A stretch of DNA of 64,000 bases from Longimicrobiales bacterium (lineage in GTDB: Bacteria > Gemmatimonadota > Gemmatimonadetes > Longimicrobiales > Gaopeijiaceae), in the NCBI GenBank assembly GCA_965116905.1, contig OZ220732.1:928001-992000 (forward strand). The letters are read 5' to 3'. Shown here one piece after another: positions 46,796 through 56,407 of this stretch (positions are counted from its first letter, which is position 1; each line of letters starts with the position of its first letter). The translations under genes and the position numbers were made by a program. The notes under the pieces are model-generated. The model was not told the origin of the DNA and searched no databases. It was given only the letters and a program-made list of their open reading frames with translations.

Positions 46796-47404
46796 ATGCG
46801 GAAACAGCTCGCAGCGCTGATTGCGCTGGGCATGATCCTGATTCCCACGGGGGTCGCTCAGGCCCAGTACGGTTTCGGGCTGATCGCCGGTGTCGGGCGG
46901 ACCGCGTTCACCGGTGCCGGCTCTACCGACGTGCCCTGGAGAACATCCGCACTGGCCGGTGCACTGGTCGAGATTCCCGCGGACCGGCTCCTGTCCCTGC
47001 GGGTGGAGCTGTACGTCGCGACCAAGGGATCGCCGCAGGTGCGATCGGGGCTGGGAGATGGGCTTCGCCAGGATGCGCTGAAGCTCGCCTACGTGCAGCT
47101 TCCGGTGCTGGTGCAGCTGCAGACCCCCCTGGGCGTGCCCCTCCGGTCGCGCACCTTCATGGGCGTGTCTTCCGCCGTGCCCGTGCGTTGCAGGGTGGCC
47201 AACCAGAGTTGTCGCGGGGTCGATCATTTCCACCTCGTGTCCTACGATTTCGGCATGCTGTTCGGTGCCGAGATCGACTTTCGCGGGTTGGGGATCGGCG
47301 CCCGCTACGAGGCCGGCCTGACCTCCGTGCTGCCCGCGGCGACCGGCGGGGACGTGAGGAACGGGATGCTTGCGTTCACGATGCGGTATACGTGGGGGCG
47401 CTGA
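46796..47404 (+). CDS. Outer-membrane beta-barrel protein
   Basis: Signal peptide AQA-Q, YVQLPVL, alternating beta strands, terminal aromatic residues. Confidence 0.7.
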   Translation: MRKQLAALIALGMILIPTGVAQAQYGFGLIAGVGRTAFTGAGSTDVPWRTSALAGALVEIPADRLLSLRVELYVATKGSPQVRSGLGDGLRQDALKLAYVQLPVLVQLQTPLGVPLRSRTFMGVSSAVPVRCRVANQSCRGVDHFHLVSYDFGMLFGAEIDFRGLGIGARYEAGLTSVLPAATGGDVRNGMLAFTMRYTWGR

Positions 47405-48116
47405 AGAACTCGGACAGGAAGTCCGTTGCCGGCCGGGCGGCCAGGTCTTCGGGCGGACCGCTTTGCACCACGCGCCCCCCTTCGAGCGCATATACGGTCG
47501 GCTGCCCCAGGGCCTGAATGTCACGGACATCGTGCGTGACCACGATTGCGGGCATGTTGCGTTTCGCGAGGTGGCGGGCGAGGTACCCGCGGAATCGGCG
47601 CCGCGCGGCCGTGTCCATCGCGGCCAGGGGCTCGTCGAGGAGCAGCAGGTCGGGCTCGGGAAGGAGTGCCCGGGCCAGTGCGACGCGCTGTTTCTCGCCG
47701 CCGGACAGCGTGGTGGGAAGACGGCGCGACAAGTGACCGCATTCGATCCGGTCGAGCACGCTTGCGGCGGTGGCCAGACGGTCCGCGCGGGGCGGCCTGG
47801 GCCGGGTTGCGGCGAGCCCGAAGGCGACGTTCTCGACGACGGTGAGGTGTGGGAACAGACCGTAGCCCTGAGGCACGTAGCCGACGCGGCGCTTCTCCGG
47901 CGCGAGGGAGATGCCCTGGTCGGAATCGTGCAGAACCCGATCGCCCACCCGGATTCGGCCGGCGGTGGGCTGGTAGGCACCCGCGATGACTCGCAGCAGG
48001 GTGGTCTTCCCGGAGCCGTTGGGGCCAATCAGGAGCACCGGCGTGCCCCCGCCCTCGATGGTTGCGTTCAGATCGAAGGAACCCGCCCGCACCTCGACTC
48101 CGACCGACCAGTGCAC
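47376..48116 (-). CDS. modC: Molybdate ABC transporter ATPase
   Basis: GPNGSGKT, LSGGEKQR, LLDEP; in operon with modAB. Confidence 0.85.
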   Translation of the reverse strand: MHWSVGVEVRAGSFDLNATIEGGGTPVLLIGPNGSGKTTLLRVIAGAYQPTAGRIRVGDRVLHDSDQGISLAPEKRRVGYVPQGYGLFPHLTVVENVAFGLAATRPRPPRADRLATAASVLDRIECGHLSRRLPTTLSGGEKQRVALARALLPEPDLLLLDEPLAAMDTAARRRFRGYLARHLAKRNMPAIVVTHDVRDIQALGQPTVYALEGGRVVQSGPPEDLAARPATDFLSEFFSAPTYTAS

Positions 48117-48121
48117 GGCAG

Positions 48122-48994
48122 TCAGGCTCCCCTGTTCGGGGGTGGGGGGGGCGCGGCCGCGACCGTACGTTCCCGGGGTGCCACGGCCCCGCCGAATCGG
48201 CGTGCGAGCAGGGAAGGCACCGTGCGCAGGGGCACCAGCAGCAGCGCACTCGCCGCGGCCAGCACGAGGGCCAGCGCGACGGCGACCCGCGTGTCGGACT
48301 CGAGCGCCGTGTAGATCGCCAGCGGCATGGTCTGGGTGGAGCCCATGAAGTTCCCCGCGAAGAAGAGGGTCGCGCCGAACTCACCCAGCGCGCGGGCCCA
48401 GGAAAGCGCCGCGCCCACGGCGAGGCCGGGGAGGGCCAGGGGTACGGCCACACGGAAGAACGCACCCCTGGGCGACTGCCCCAGCGTGCGTGCGACGATG
48501 AGCAGGTCCTCGTCGACGCGCCGAAACGCGGCTGCCGCGGCCTGCACGTAGAAGGGCGCGGAGACGACCGTCTGCGCCACGACCACGGCCGCGGTGGTGA
48601 AGGGGATGTGGACGCCCAGGGCCGACATCGCGGGGCCCAGCAGCCCCTCCCGTCCAAACGTCTGCAACAGCGCGATCCCCATGACGGCCGGGGGGATGAC
48701 GATCGGGAGGTCGACCACGATTTCCACCACCCGGGTGCGCCGGGAGGTCCGGTTCGCCATCCACCAGGCGAGCGGCGTGCCCGTGATCACGACGACCAAC
48801 AGGCTGGCGGCGGTTGTGCGCGCGCTGAGCCACAGAGCGGGACCGAACAGGGGATGCCGCGCGCCCGCGGCGATGTCGGCGGGCGCGGAGGCGCCGGCCA
48901 GCGCGATCAGGGGGACCGCGAGGAGCGCCAGCATGGGAACCGCGGCGAGGATGCCCCACCGCCCCGCCCCCAACCCCCCGCCCGGCTCCCTCAT
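48122..48994 (-). CDS. modB: Molybdate ABC transporter permease
   Basis: [28 protein letters not shown]. Confidence 0.92.
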   Translation of the reverse strand: MREPGGGLGAGRWGILAAVPMLALLAVPLIALAGASAPADIAAGARHPLFGPALWLSARTTAASLLVVVITGTPLAWWMANRTSRRTRVVEIVVDLPIVIPPAVMGIALLQTFGREGLLGPAMSALGVHIPFTTAAVVVAQTVVSAPFYVQAAAAAFRRVDEDLLIVARTLGQSPRGAFFRVAVPLALPGLAVGAALSWARALGEFGATLFFAGNFMGSTQTMPLAIYTALESDTRVAVALALVLAAASALLLVPLRTVPSLLARRFGGAVAPRERTVAAAPPPPPNRGA

Positions 48995-49776
48995 CGCGCG
49001 GGCGCGGAGCCGGCCAGGAAGCCGCGGCGCGTCATGATGTCCTGGCCGGCGGGCGACGCCGCGAAGTCGATCCACAGCTCCGCGCCCTCCGGGTTGGCGG
49101 CCGCGGTGAGGGCGCCCATCAGGTAGTCGGCGCGCACGTTCACCTCGTCCGGGAGCGGTATCACGCGCACGCGGCCCGGGACGGCGTCGGTGCGGTACAC
49201 GATGGCGGCGTCGGCCACCCCAAGCTCGACCTTGGCGCGGGCGAGACGGACGTTGCTCTCCTCCGACACGACGCGCCCGAGGACGGCGGCTTCGAAGTCC
49301 GTGCCGTGCCGCGTGGTGGCCCTTCGCAGGGCCATGCGTGCGTATCTGCCCGCCGGGACGTGTTCGGTCCCGATCACCAGGCGCCGCGCGCGGGGAAGGT
49401 CCTCGAAGGCCGCGATGGCGGCGGGGTTGTCGCGCGGCACGATGACCACGAGCTCGTTCTCCGTGAACACGCGGCTGCCGGTGATCAGGCCCGCCCGCGC
49501 CAGCGCGTCCACGTGCCGCTGGTCGGCCGAAGCGAACACGTCGGCACGCGCTCCCTGCTCGATCTGGAGCCGCAGCACCTGGCTGCCCGCGAAGACCGGC
49601 ACCACGTCGATCTCCGGGTAGGCGTCCTCGAAGGCTCCCGCCATTTCCTGGAACGCTTCGGTCAGCGACGAGGCGGCGAAGACCCGCAGCACCTCACCCT
49701 CCGGGGCGCTTCCGCCGCACCCCGCGAGCAGGATCGCCGCGAGCGAGGCCGTTCGCGGCGCCAACGCCGATTTCAC
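48991..49776 (-). CDS. modA: Molybdate-binding lipoprotein
   Basis: LAGC lipobox, FAASSL, QIEQGA.ADVFASA, VPAGRY, VYRTD. Confidence 0.92.
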   Translation of the reverse strand: MKSALAPRTASLAAILLAGCGGSAPEGEVLRVFAASSLTEAFQEMAGAFEDAYPEIDVVPVFAGSQVLRLQIEQGARADVFASADQRHVDALARAGLITGSRVFTENELVVIVPRDNPAAIAAFEDLPRARRLVIGTEHVPAGRYARMALRRATTRHGTDFEAAVLGRVVSEESNVRLARAKVELGVADAAIVYRTDAVPGRVRVIPLPDEVNVRADYLMGALTAAANPEGAELWIDFAASPAGQDIMTRRGFLAGSAPAR

Positions 49777-50885
49777 GCGGCTTCCACCGTGGTGACCTGT
49801 CCGCTGAGGGATCCGTCGTACCCCGGGAGGTGTTTCATTTCGGCCTGGAAATCCGGATCGTCGAGCGTTTCGAGCAACCGCGAAACCGGCGGCCTTGAAA
49901 CGCTGCCGGCCGGCAGTACGAGGTCGAAGCGCTCCTCCGTGAGGGGCACGAAGTCCAGCCCCTCGGCCAGCGCCGCAGCCTCGATCGCGATGCCGGCATC
50001 GGCGGCTCCCCAGTGCACCAGCCGCGCCACGTCGCGGTGATTCGCGGCCAGTGGCCCGTTGTCGTCCGGCAAATGCCCGCCGGCTTCCGCGGTCAGACGC
50101 GCGGCCAGGTCGTGCGCCCCGGACCCTTCTTCGCGGCGAACGACACGCAGTTCGTCGCGGAGCAGATCGGCGCCGCCGGTGATTCCCAGCGGATTGCCCG
50201 CGCGCACGACCAGGCCCTGGCGCCAGCTCGTCAGGTTGGCCACGAGCAGCCGCTGGTCCGGGAGCGCGCGCCGGGCGGCCGCCACCGTGTCGCCGTCGGG
50301 ATCGTCGCTCGATCGGTGGAGACCCGCGATGTGCACGAGCCCGTCACCGAGCAGATCCATCGCGTGGCGGTTCCCGGCCGACACCCATGTCACGCGCGCG
50401 TCTCTGAAACGGCGGTCCACGCGGTGTGCCAGCGCCCCCAGCAGGGGCGCACAACCGGCGACGAGGACGTTCTGGCCGAGCTGTGTCGTCGTGCCGAGGG
50501 GACGCACCGTGACATCCGCGCCGTTCCCCTCGGAGGTGATGATCCCGTCGGCGGCGCTGGTCGCGTGCGTGGGCAGGCGGTGCGCGACCCAGCGGTCCCC
50601 GATTCGGCCCAGGGCCACGCGCGACCCGCCGCCATTCGCCTCGGCGGACGGCGCGAGGCGAGCGCTGACCCCGCTGTCGGCGGCCAGTCGGAAGATCTCC
50701 TCGATCCCGCATCCCAGCGAGTAGGCGATCCGCAGCGCGAGCCGGGTGGACGGAACGTTGCGGCCCGCCTCGATCGCGAGAATGGCCTGCCGGGATACCC
50801 CGACCTGCTCGGCCAGCGCCGTCTGGGACAGCCTGGCTTCCTTGCGCCGGGTCTTGAGCTGGTTTTCGAACCCGTGCTCGCTCAT
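49773..50885 (-). CDS. XRE-HTH plus periplasmic-binding-protein-like (molybdate-sensing) regulator
   Basis: NQLKTRR..SQTALA..VSRQ..IEAG; C-terminal RREEGSG, LDFVPL.EERFDL, LPGYD. Confidence 0.85.
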   Translation of the reverse strand: MSEHGFENQLKTRRKEARLSQTALAEQVGVSRQAILAIEAGRNVPSTRLALRIAYSLGCGIEEIFRLAADSGVSARLAPSAEANGGGSRVALGRIGDRWVAHRLPTHATSAADGIITSEGNGADVTVRPLGTTTQLGQNVLVAGCAPLLGALAHRVDRRFRDARVTWVSAGNRHAMDLLGDGLVHIAGLHRSSDDPDGDTVAAARRALPDQRLLVANLTSWRQGLVVRAGNPLGITGGADLLRDELRVVRREEGSGAHDLAARLTAEAGGHLPDDNGPLAANHRDVARLVHWGAADAGIAIEAAALAEGLDFVPLTEERFDLVLPAGSVSRPPVSRLLETLDDPDFQAEMKHLPGYDGSLSGQVTTVEAA

Positions 50886-50935
50886 AACATTTCTCCTGTG
50901 CTGGATGGGGACCGGGTCGCCGCAGGACCGGGTTG

Positions 50936-50967
50936 CCGCAATGTAACGTCTACATTACACAGTGTAA
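50936..50967. promoter_or_regulatory. Operator-like motif, copy 2, upstream of the mod regulator
   Basis: ccgcaatgtaacgtctacattacacagtgtaa; 27/32 identical to 30410..30441. Confidence 0.7.
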
Positions 50968-51144
50968 ACTAAAGTTGACTTTTTTTGACGACGTGCACCC
51001 TCTACCAGCGGCGCGCACCCTCTATCGGCAGAGCGCACCTGCGGGGTGGCGGGCGGAAGGCCCGAAGAGAGGGTGCCCGAAGAGGGGGGTGGGTCCGCTA
51101 CGTCTGACGCCGGACCGGGGCCGGCTCCCGGAGCCCGTGGACTC

Positions 51145-51798
51145 CTATGCCATGTGGGGGCGGATCGCCTGCGCGAGCGAAACCTCGATATCCCACACCG
51201 CCGCGGTGACCGCGCGGCCGATCAGGTCCATCTTGCGGATCAGCTCGATGCGCGGGAGCACCGTGCGCAGTTCGCGCTTCGAGAGCAGCTCCGCGAAGAT
51301 GCCGCAGGCGTCGGCCAGGCCGATGATGACGACATCGCGAGGGGTGGGAACGATGTCGCTGAAGAGGACCTCCATGAGACGCAACTTCACTTCGCGTTCG
51401 GCCTTGCCGTCGATCACCGGGTAGCGCCGGGACCGGAAGACCCAGAGAAAGCGGTCCTCGCGGCGCTCCAGGATCCCGCGCTCGATGAGGCCGTCGATCG
51501 CCGCTTCGCGAACGTCGTCGGACATTCCGGAAGCCCGCTCCACCCAGAAACGGGCGTCGCGCTGGTGATCGTGCGCGGCGATATCGGCCAGCACCGGATC
51601 GAGGATGGCGTCGTCCAACGGGGTTGGGTCGACCAGGATGAGCTTCTCCATGTCGGTGTCGATCCGGTCTTCGAGCGCGAGATCCATCAGGACCGCGCCG
51701 CCGAGCGCGTAACGCAGGGACCAGTCGGGCACCCGAATGAACTTCTCCTCGTCGTCGTCGAGGAGGAGCAGCATGATTTCTTCCGCGAATCTGAGCAT
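51145..51798 (-). CDS. GPP34 (GOLPH3/Vps74-like) family protein
   Basis: AEEIMLLLLDD, ALGGAVLMDLALEDRI, LIERGIL..RRYP. Confidence 0.8.
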   Translation of the reverse strand: MLRFAEEIMLLLLDDDEEKFIRVPDWSLRYALGGAVLMDLALEDRIDTDMEKLILVDPTPLDDAILDPVLADIAAHDHQRDARFWVERASGMSDDVREAAIDGLIERGILERREDRFLWVFRSRRYPVIDGKAEREVKLRLMEVLFSDIVPTPRDVVIIGLADACGIFAELLSKRELRTVLPRIELIRKMDLIGRAVTAAVWDIEVSLAQAIRPHMA

Positions 51799-51801
51799 GG
51801 T

Positions 51802-52980
51802 CTAAAAGATATTGACTTCGGCCTCCTGGCGCTCCTCCTGAAACCGGGTGTGGCGAAAAGCCGTGACGTCGAGCGTGTGGGAGTGGCCGTCGGCGACCAG
51901 TTCGGAGACCGCGAGTCCGGTCGCGGGCGAGTGCATGATCCCGTGTCCGGAGAACCCGCACGCGTCGATCCATCCGTCGGTCCCCGGGTGGAGGCCGATC
52001 ACGGGGCTGTTGTCGGGGGTGACCCCATAGTACCCCCACCAGCTGCCCTGGCGGTCGACCCCCAGGTCGGCCCACCACGGGTAGCGCTCGACGCCGGTGA
52101 TCAGCACCTGCTCCAGCCAGCTCCAGTCGATGCCTTCGGTGAACCCGTCGTCGGCGTGGGCATCGAGACCGAAGAGGATGCGGTCGCCCTCGCTCCTCAG
52201 GTAGACGCCGGTGCCGAGATCGATGGTGAGCGGGTAGACGCGCTCGTCCGCGATGGGCGCGCTGAGGAAGATCTGAATGCGCTTGGGCCGCACGGGCACC
52301 TCCAGTCCCGCCAGGCGCCCGACAAGGCCCGACCAGGCGCCGGCGGCGTTCACGACATGGCCGCAGGCGAAGGATTCGCCCCCCGCCTCCAGCGTCCAGC
52401 CGCCGCCTTCGCGCCGTGCCGCACTCACGGCGTGGCGGAAGCGGTAGTCCACTCCGCACCGGCGCCCCATGGTAACCCAGGCGTGGGTGGCCATGTGGGG
52501 ATCGATGATGCCGTCCCAGGGGCCGTAGGTCGCCCCGCCGAGGTCGTCCGTTTCCATGGGAACGTACCGGCGCGCGTCGGCGGGTTCCAGCACCTCGACG
52601 GGAGCGCCGAGGCTGTGCTGGAGCGCCACGGATTCCAGGTGGGCGTCCCAGCGGTCCGGGGGAACGAGCAGCAGGTAGCCGATGTCGCGGTAGCCGATCT
52701 CGAAGCCGTGGCGTTCCCGGAAGTCGCGGTAGACGGGCAGGGAGTACATCGAGAACGCGACGTTGGGGCGCGTGGTGAACTGGACCCGCACCCCGGCTGC
52801 GCTGCGTCCCGTCGAACCGAGAGCGGGTGCGGCTTCGCGCTCCAGAACGGTGACCGACAGCCCGCGCCGGGCCAGGTGGTACGCGCAGCTGGCCCCGACG
52901 ATGCCGGCACCGACCACGACGACGTCGCCGGTGCGGGTGGCCGCGCCGCCGCTCCGGGCGGGTGGGTGGGCGGGGGTCAC
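51802..52980 (-). CDS. FAD-dependent oxidoreductase (DAO / sarcosine oxidase beta-like)
   Basis: VVVGAGIVG, GSTGRSAAG, NAAGAW, GFSGHGIM; start uncertain. Confidence 0.88.
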   Translation of the reverse strand: MTPAHPPARSGGAATRTGDVVVVGAGIVGASCAYHLARRGLSVTVLEREAAPALGSTGRSAAGVRVQFTTRPNVAFSMYSLPVYRDFRERHGFEIGYRDIGYLLLVPPDRWDAHLESVALQHSLGAPVEVLEPADARRYVPMETDDLGGATYGPWDGIIDPHMATHAWVTMGRRCGVDYRFRHAVSAARREGGGWTLEAGGESFACGHVVNAAGAWSGLVGRLAGLEVPVRPKRIQIFLSAPIADERVYPLTIDLGTGVYLRSEGDRILFGLDAHADDGFTEGIDWSWLEQVLITGVERYPWWADLGVDRQGSWWGYYGVTPDNSPVIGLHPGTDGWIDACGFSGHGIMHSPATGLAVSELVADGHSHTLDVTAFRHTRFQEERQEAEVNIF

Positions 52981-52993
52981 GGAAGCGGTGCCC

Positions 52994-54520
52994 TCACCGC
53001 CTCGTGAACGCGACGCTCCCTTCGATCTCCGCGTGCAGAACCGCGACCTTCCCGTCGGTGCCGATCTCGAAGCGCAGGAATTCCCGCTGGTTGACCGCGT
53101 CCGACCAGTTGCTGCGGAACGTGTCGTAGTGCCAGTGCTCGAGGGTGCCCTCGAACCCGGCCCCGAAGGCGGCGTGCAGCACCCCACCGTTCTCGGTCAC
53201 GACGATTTCGCCGTACATGTCGCTCTCGTAGGTGCCGGCGTACTCGGCGAGCGCCAGCGTCGGGGACGTGCCCTCGGCGCGGCCGTCCTCCACCTTCTGC
53301 GCCTGCTCGCGGGCCTGCTCCTGCAGTTGGGCGAACGTTTCCTTCATCATGTCGTTCCACGGCAGCTGCTCACCGCCCTCGAAGCGGTCGACGAGATGAT
53401 GCGTGAGAGCGCTCGTGAATCCGTTGGCGCCGTTCAGGTTGGTGAGGATCACCCAGCCGTAGTCGCTTTCGGGAACCAGGACCACCAGGGCCGTCATCCC
53501 GTCGATGTTGCCCCCGTGGGACACCATCTTGATGTGGCGGTAGTCGGTGAGGAACCAGCCCAGGCCGTACAGCAGGAAGTCCGACGCGGGGAAGACCGCG
53601 GCCCACAGGCCCTCGGGCCGAAGGAACATCTGGGCGGTGTGCATCTCGTTGACCGCCGCTTCGGATATCAGCCGCTCGCCCTCGTATTCGCCGTCGGCGA
53701 GCTGCAGCCGCACCCACTGGGCCACCTGCATGACGCTGGAGTTGATCGAGCCCGCGGGGCCCGCGTTGTCGATGTCCCGGTAGGGCACCGGCACGAGTTC
53801 GCCGTCGGGGGTCTCGATGTGCGGCTCGGCCACGTTGTCCAGCCTGCCGAGCGGCCCGATCAGGGTCGTGCTGCGGGCCATGCCCAGCGGCCTGAAAAGG
53901 CGCGCGGCCACGAAGTCGTCCCAGGTCATTCCCGAAACCGCCCTGATGACCTCGCCGGCCGCGATCCACGTCGTGTTGTTGTACTGGAAGGTCGAACGCA
54001 GCGGGAACGTGACCGGCTGGTGGCGGACCCGATCGAGAATCTCCGTGCGGGTGAGCCCGCTCGCGTACCAGATGCGGTCGCCGCGCAGGAGCCCGGTGTT
54101 GTGGCTCATCAGGTCGCGGATGCGGATGTTGCGGGTGATGTAGGGATCGCTCAGCTGGAACGTGGGCAGCTGATCGACCACCCGGTCATCCCAGGCCAGC
54201 TTGCCCTCGTCGACAAGCATCGCGATCGCGGCGGCGGTGAATGCCTTCGAGGAGGAGCCGATTGCGAAGATCGTGTTTTCGTCGACGGGATCGGAGCCCC
54301 CGACCTTCCTGACGCCGAACCCCCTGGCGTAGGTGACCTCGTCGCCCTGCACGATGGCGATACCCATGCCCGGGACATTCCAGTCCTGCATCATCTCCAG
54401 GATGGTCTCGTCCAGGCCGGCCAGCGGATCCTGTCCGGAGGCCGGGGCCGCGGGGGCGAGGAAAAGGAGCAACACCGCCGTCGTCGCAAACAGCCTGTCG
54501 CGGATTCGTAGCACGTCCAT
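52994..54520 (-). CDS. Secreted serine hydrolase, beta-lactamase/AmpC-like, with C-terminal DUF3471-like domain
   Basis: IGSSSK (SxxK), YNN, HGG; YAGTY C-terminal domain. Confidence 0.9.
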   Translation of the reverse strand: MDVLRIRDRLFATTAVLLLFLAPAAPASGQDPLAGLDETILEMMQDWNVPGMGIAIVQGDEVTYARGFGVRKVGGSDPVDENTIFAIGSSSKAFTAAAIAMLVDEGKLAWDDRVVDQLPTFQLSDPYITRNIRIRDLMSHNTGLLRGDRIWYASGLTRTEILDRVRHQPVTFPLRSTFQYNNTTWIAAGEVIRAVSGMTWDDFVAARLFRPLGMARSTTLIGPLGRLDNVAEPHIETPDGELVPVPYRDIDNAGPAGSINSSVMQVAQWVRLQLADGEYEGERLISEAAVNEMHTAQMFLRPEGLWAAVFPASDFLLYGLGWFLTDYRHIKMVSHGGNIDGMTALVVLVPESDYGWVILTNLNGANGFTSALTHHLVDRFEGGEQLPWNDMMKETFAQLQEQAREQAQKVEDGRAEGTSPTLALAEYAGTYESDMYGEIVVTENGGVLHAAFGAGFEGTLEHWHYDTFRSNWSDAVNQREFLRFEIGTDGKVAVLHAEIEGSVAFTRR

Positions 54521-55219
54521 TTACCAGCTCCCGAGTTCACCTGCGCGTGCGATGACCCCGGAAAGGCGGGCCGCGGCGTTGCGCCAGTTGGTCCGCACCG
54601 AGGTCTGGGCCAGTTCAGAGTCGCCGGCCTCGATTGCGTCGACGATGACCTGGTGTTCCTGCACCGACACCGCGATCTGGTCCAGCAGGGCGTCGACGTA
54701 GAGCCGTGTATACCGCTCGGCCTGTGGCTTGATGGCGTCGTGAAGAGCGAGCAGCCTGGGGCCGGCCCCGCCTTCCACATACGTTCGATGAAAACGATTG
54801 TCGAGTTGAAAGATCCACTCGCGCGACGGCGTGGTTCCCTCGGCCTCGGTCAGCAGTTCGGCGTTCGTCTTGTTCAGGTCCGTGACCAGCTCCCCGCGGT
54901 CGTCGCGGCTGGCGGCGCTCCAGGCCGCGAGCCCCTCCATCTCGCCGACAATGTGAAGCAGTTCGAAGGCGTCGTCCTGCGTGAGCGGCGCCACGTAGGG
55001 ACGGCTCTGGCGGCCCGTGCCGGGGTCGCTGATGTAGCCTTCCTGCATCAGGCGCTGCAATGCGCTTCGCACCGGGGTCCGGCTCAGGCCCAGGCGTTCG
55101 GCGACCTCCGTCTCGATCAGGCGGGAGCCCGGCGCCAACCTGCCGTGAACGATCAGTTCGCGAAGGTGCTGGTAGGCTTGGGTCCCGCGGTCACTGGTGC
55201 CGGTTTTCGCAGGCGACAT
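54521..55219 (-). CDS. GntR (FadR/FCD) family regulator
   Basis: LGLSRTPVRSAL, DNRFH, EHQVIVDAI. Confidence 0.92.
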   Translation of the reverse strand: MSPAKTGTSDRGTQAYQHLRELIVHGRLAPGSRLIETEVAERLGLSRTPVRSALQRLMQEGYISDPGTGRQSRPYVAPLTQDDAFELLHIVGEMEGLAAWSAASRDDRGELVTDLNKTNAELLTEAEGTTPSREWIFQLDNRFHRTYVEGGAGPRLLALHDAIKPQAERYTRLYVDALLDQIAVSVQEHQVIVDAIEAGDSELAQTSVRTNWRNAAARLSGVIARAGELGSW

Positions 55220-55401
55220 GTCTCCGATCCGTGAAGTTGTGGCCTTCTCCCCACTACGAGGACAGCCACGGAAAATAACATGTTGGTATGTATCGCAGTT
55301 TTGTTCCCACTTTTGGATACCTTGCCGTATCCGATGCCACGCTGTACGATGCCGCACCGGAAGACTCCTGGCAAATTGCCGTTCACAGCCCTGGGAGCGC
55401 C

Positions 55402-56280
55402 ATGGCCGACCTCGCGACGCAGCCCTCGGAACCCGTCCTGACCCCTGTCGAGGGGTCTCCCCGCGACGGGCAGGCGACCGACGATGCACAGATCGAGATT
55501 CGTGCCGCGAAGACGCGGGCGGACTTCGAGGCGTGCGTCGAGCTGCAGCGCGATACCTGGGGCGCGTCGTTCTCGGAGGTCGTTCCGGTCAGCATGATGC
55601 AGGTCACCTGCAAGATGGGCGGGATCTGCCTGGGCGCCTTCGCTCCCGGCGGCGAGATGCTGGGCGTGGTGTACGGTGTGACCGGCGTGCGCAACGGCGA
55701 ACTCGCCCATTGGTCCCACATGCTGGCGGTGCGGCCGCGGGCGCGGAACATGGGGATCGGCAAGCGGCTGAAGCTCGCCCAGCGGGAAACGTTGGTGGCC
55801 CAGGGCGTCAACACGATGTACTGGACCTACGATCCCCTGGTGGCTCGCAACGCGCACCTCAACCTCAACCTCCTCGGAGCGGCGATCGACCGTTTCGTGC
55901 CCGACATGTACGGCGCATCGGACAGCGACCTGCATCGTCTGGGCACCGACCGGTTCATCGTCCGGTGGGACCTGCACGGCGAGCGCTCGGCCGCGGCCCG
56001 TGCCCGCCGGGAATCCCGGGCCAGGCGTGGCGGCCCGCGGCCGATGCTCGGGATCCCGGGTGACAAGACCCGGGTGCCCCTTGGTCGGGAAGCCGTCGAG
56101 GTGGTCATCCCGCGGGACATCGAGGCCGTCGAGGCAAGGTCCTTCGACGAGGCGCTCGGGTGGCGGCACGCATCACGCCGCGTGTTTCGGCAGCTCCTGG
56201 GCGGCGGTTACGAGGTGAGCGGATTCATCGCGGGACGCAAGCACGCCCGATACGTGGTTTCGCGTGTGGCGGGACGGTAA
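55402..56280 (+). CDS. GNAT-family acyltransferase
   Basis: HWSHMLAV, GIGKRLKLAQR, WTYDPL..NAHLNL. Confidence 0.85.
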   Translation: MADLATQPSEPVLTPVEGSPRDGQATDDAQIEIRAAKTRADFEACVELQRDTWGASFSEVVPVSMMQVTCKMGGICLGAFAPGGEMLGVVYGVTGVRNGELAHWSHMLAVRPRARNMGIGKRLKLAQRETLVAQGVNTMYWTYDPLVARNAHLNLNLLGAAIDRFVPDMYGASDSDLHRLGTDRFIVRWDLHGERSAAARARRESRARRGGPRPMLGIPGDKTRVPLGREAVEVVIPRDIEAVEARSFDEALGWRHASRRVFRQLLGGGYEVSGFIAGRKHARYVVSRVAGR

Positions 56281-56298
56281 TGACGTAGCCGAGTGGCG

Positions 56299-56389
56299 AT
56301 GCCACGGTCAAGCGGCATGGCCACGGCCGGGCGGCATGCCACGGTCGGGCGGCATGCCACGGTCAAGCGGCATGCCACGGTCAAGCGGC
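56299..56389. repeat. Intergenic tandem repeat, five copies of an ~18-bp unit (ATGCCACGGTCAAGCGGC)
   Basis: Units at 56299, 56317 (19 nt), 56336, 56354, 56372; no spacers. Confidence 0.9.
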
Positions 56390-56407
56390 AATGAAAGGAG
56401 CTTTTCC

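Noticed and set aside
52994..54520. Antibiotic-resistance beta-lactamase
   Set aside because: The architecture fits the broad AmpC-like serine hydrolase/peptidase family in a catabolic context; resistance cannot be inferred.
56299..56389. Possible CRISPR array
   Set aside because: The units are contiguous with no unique spacers, and there are no cas genes in the window.
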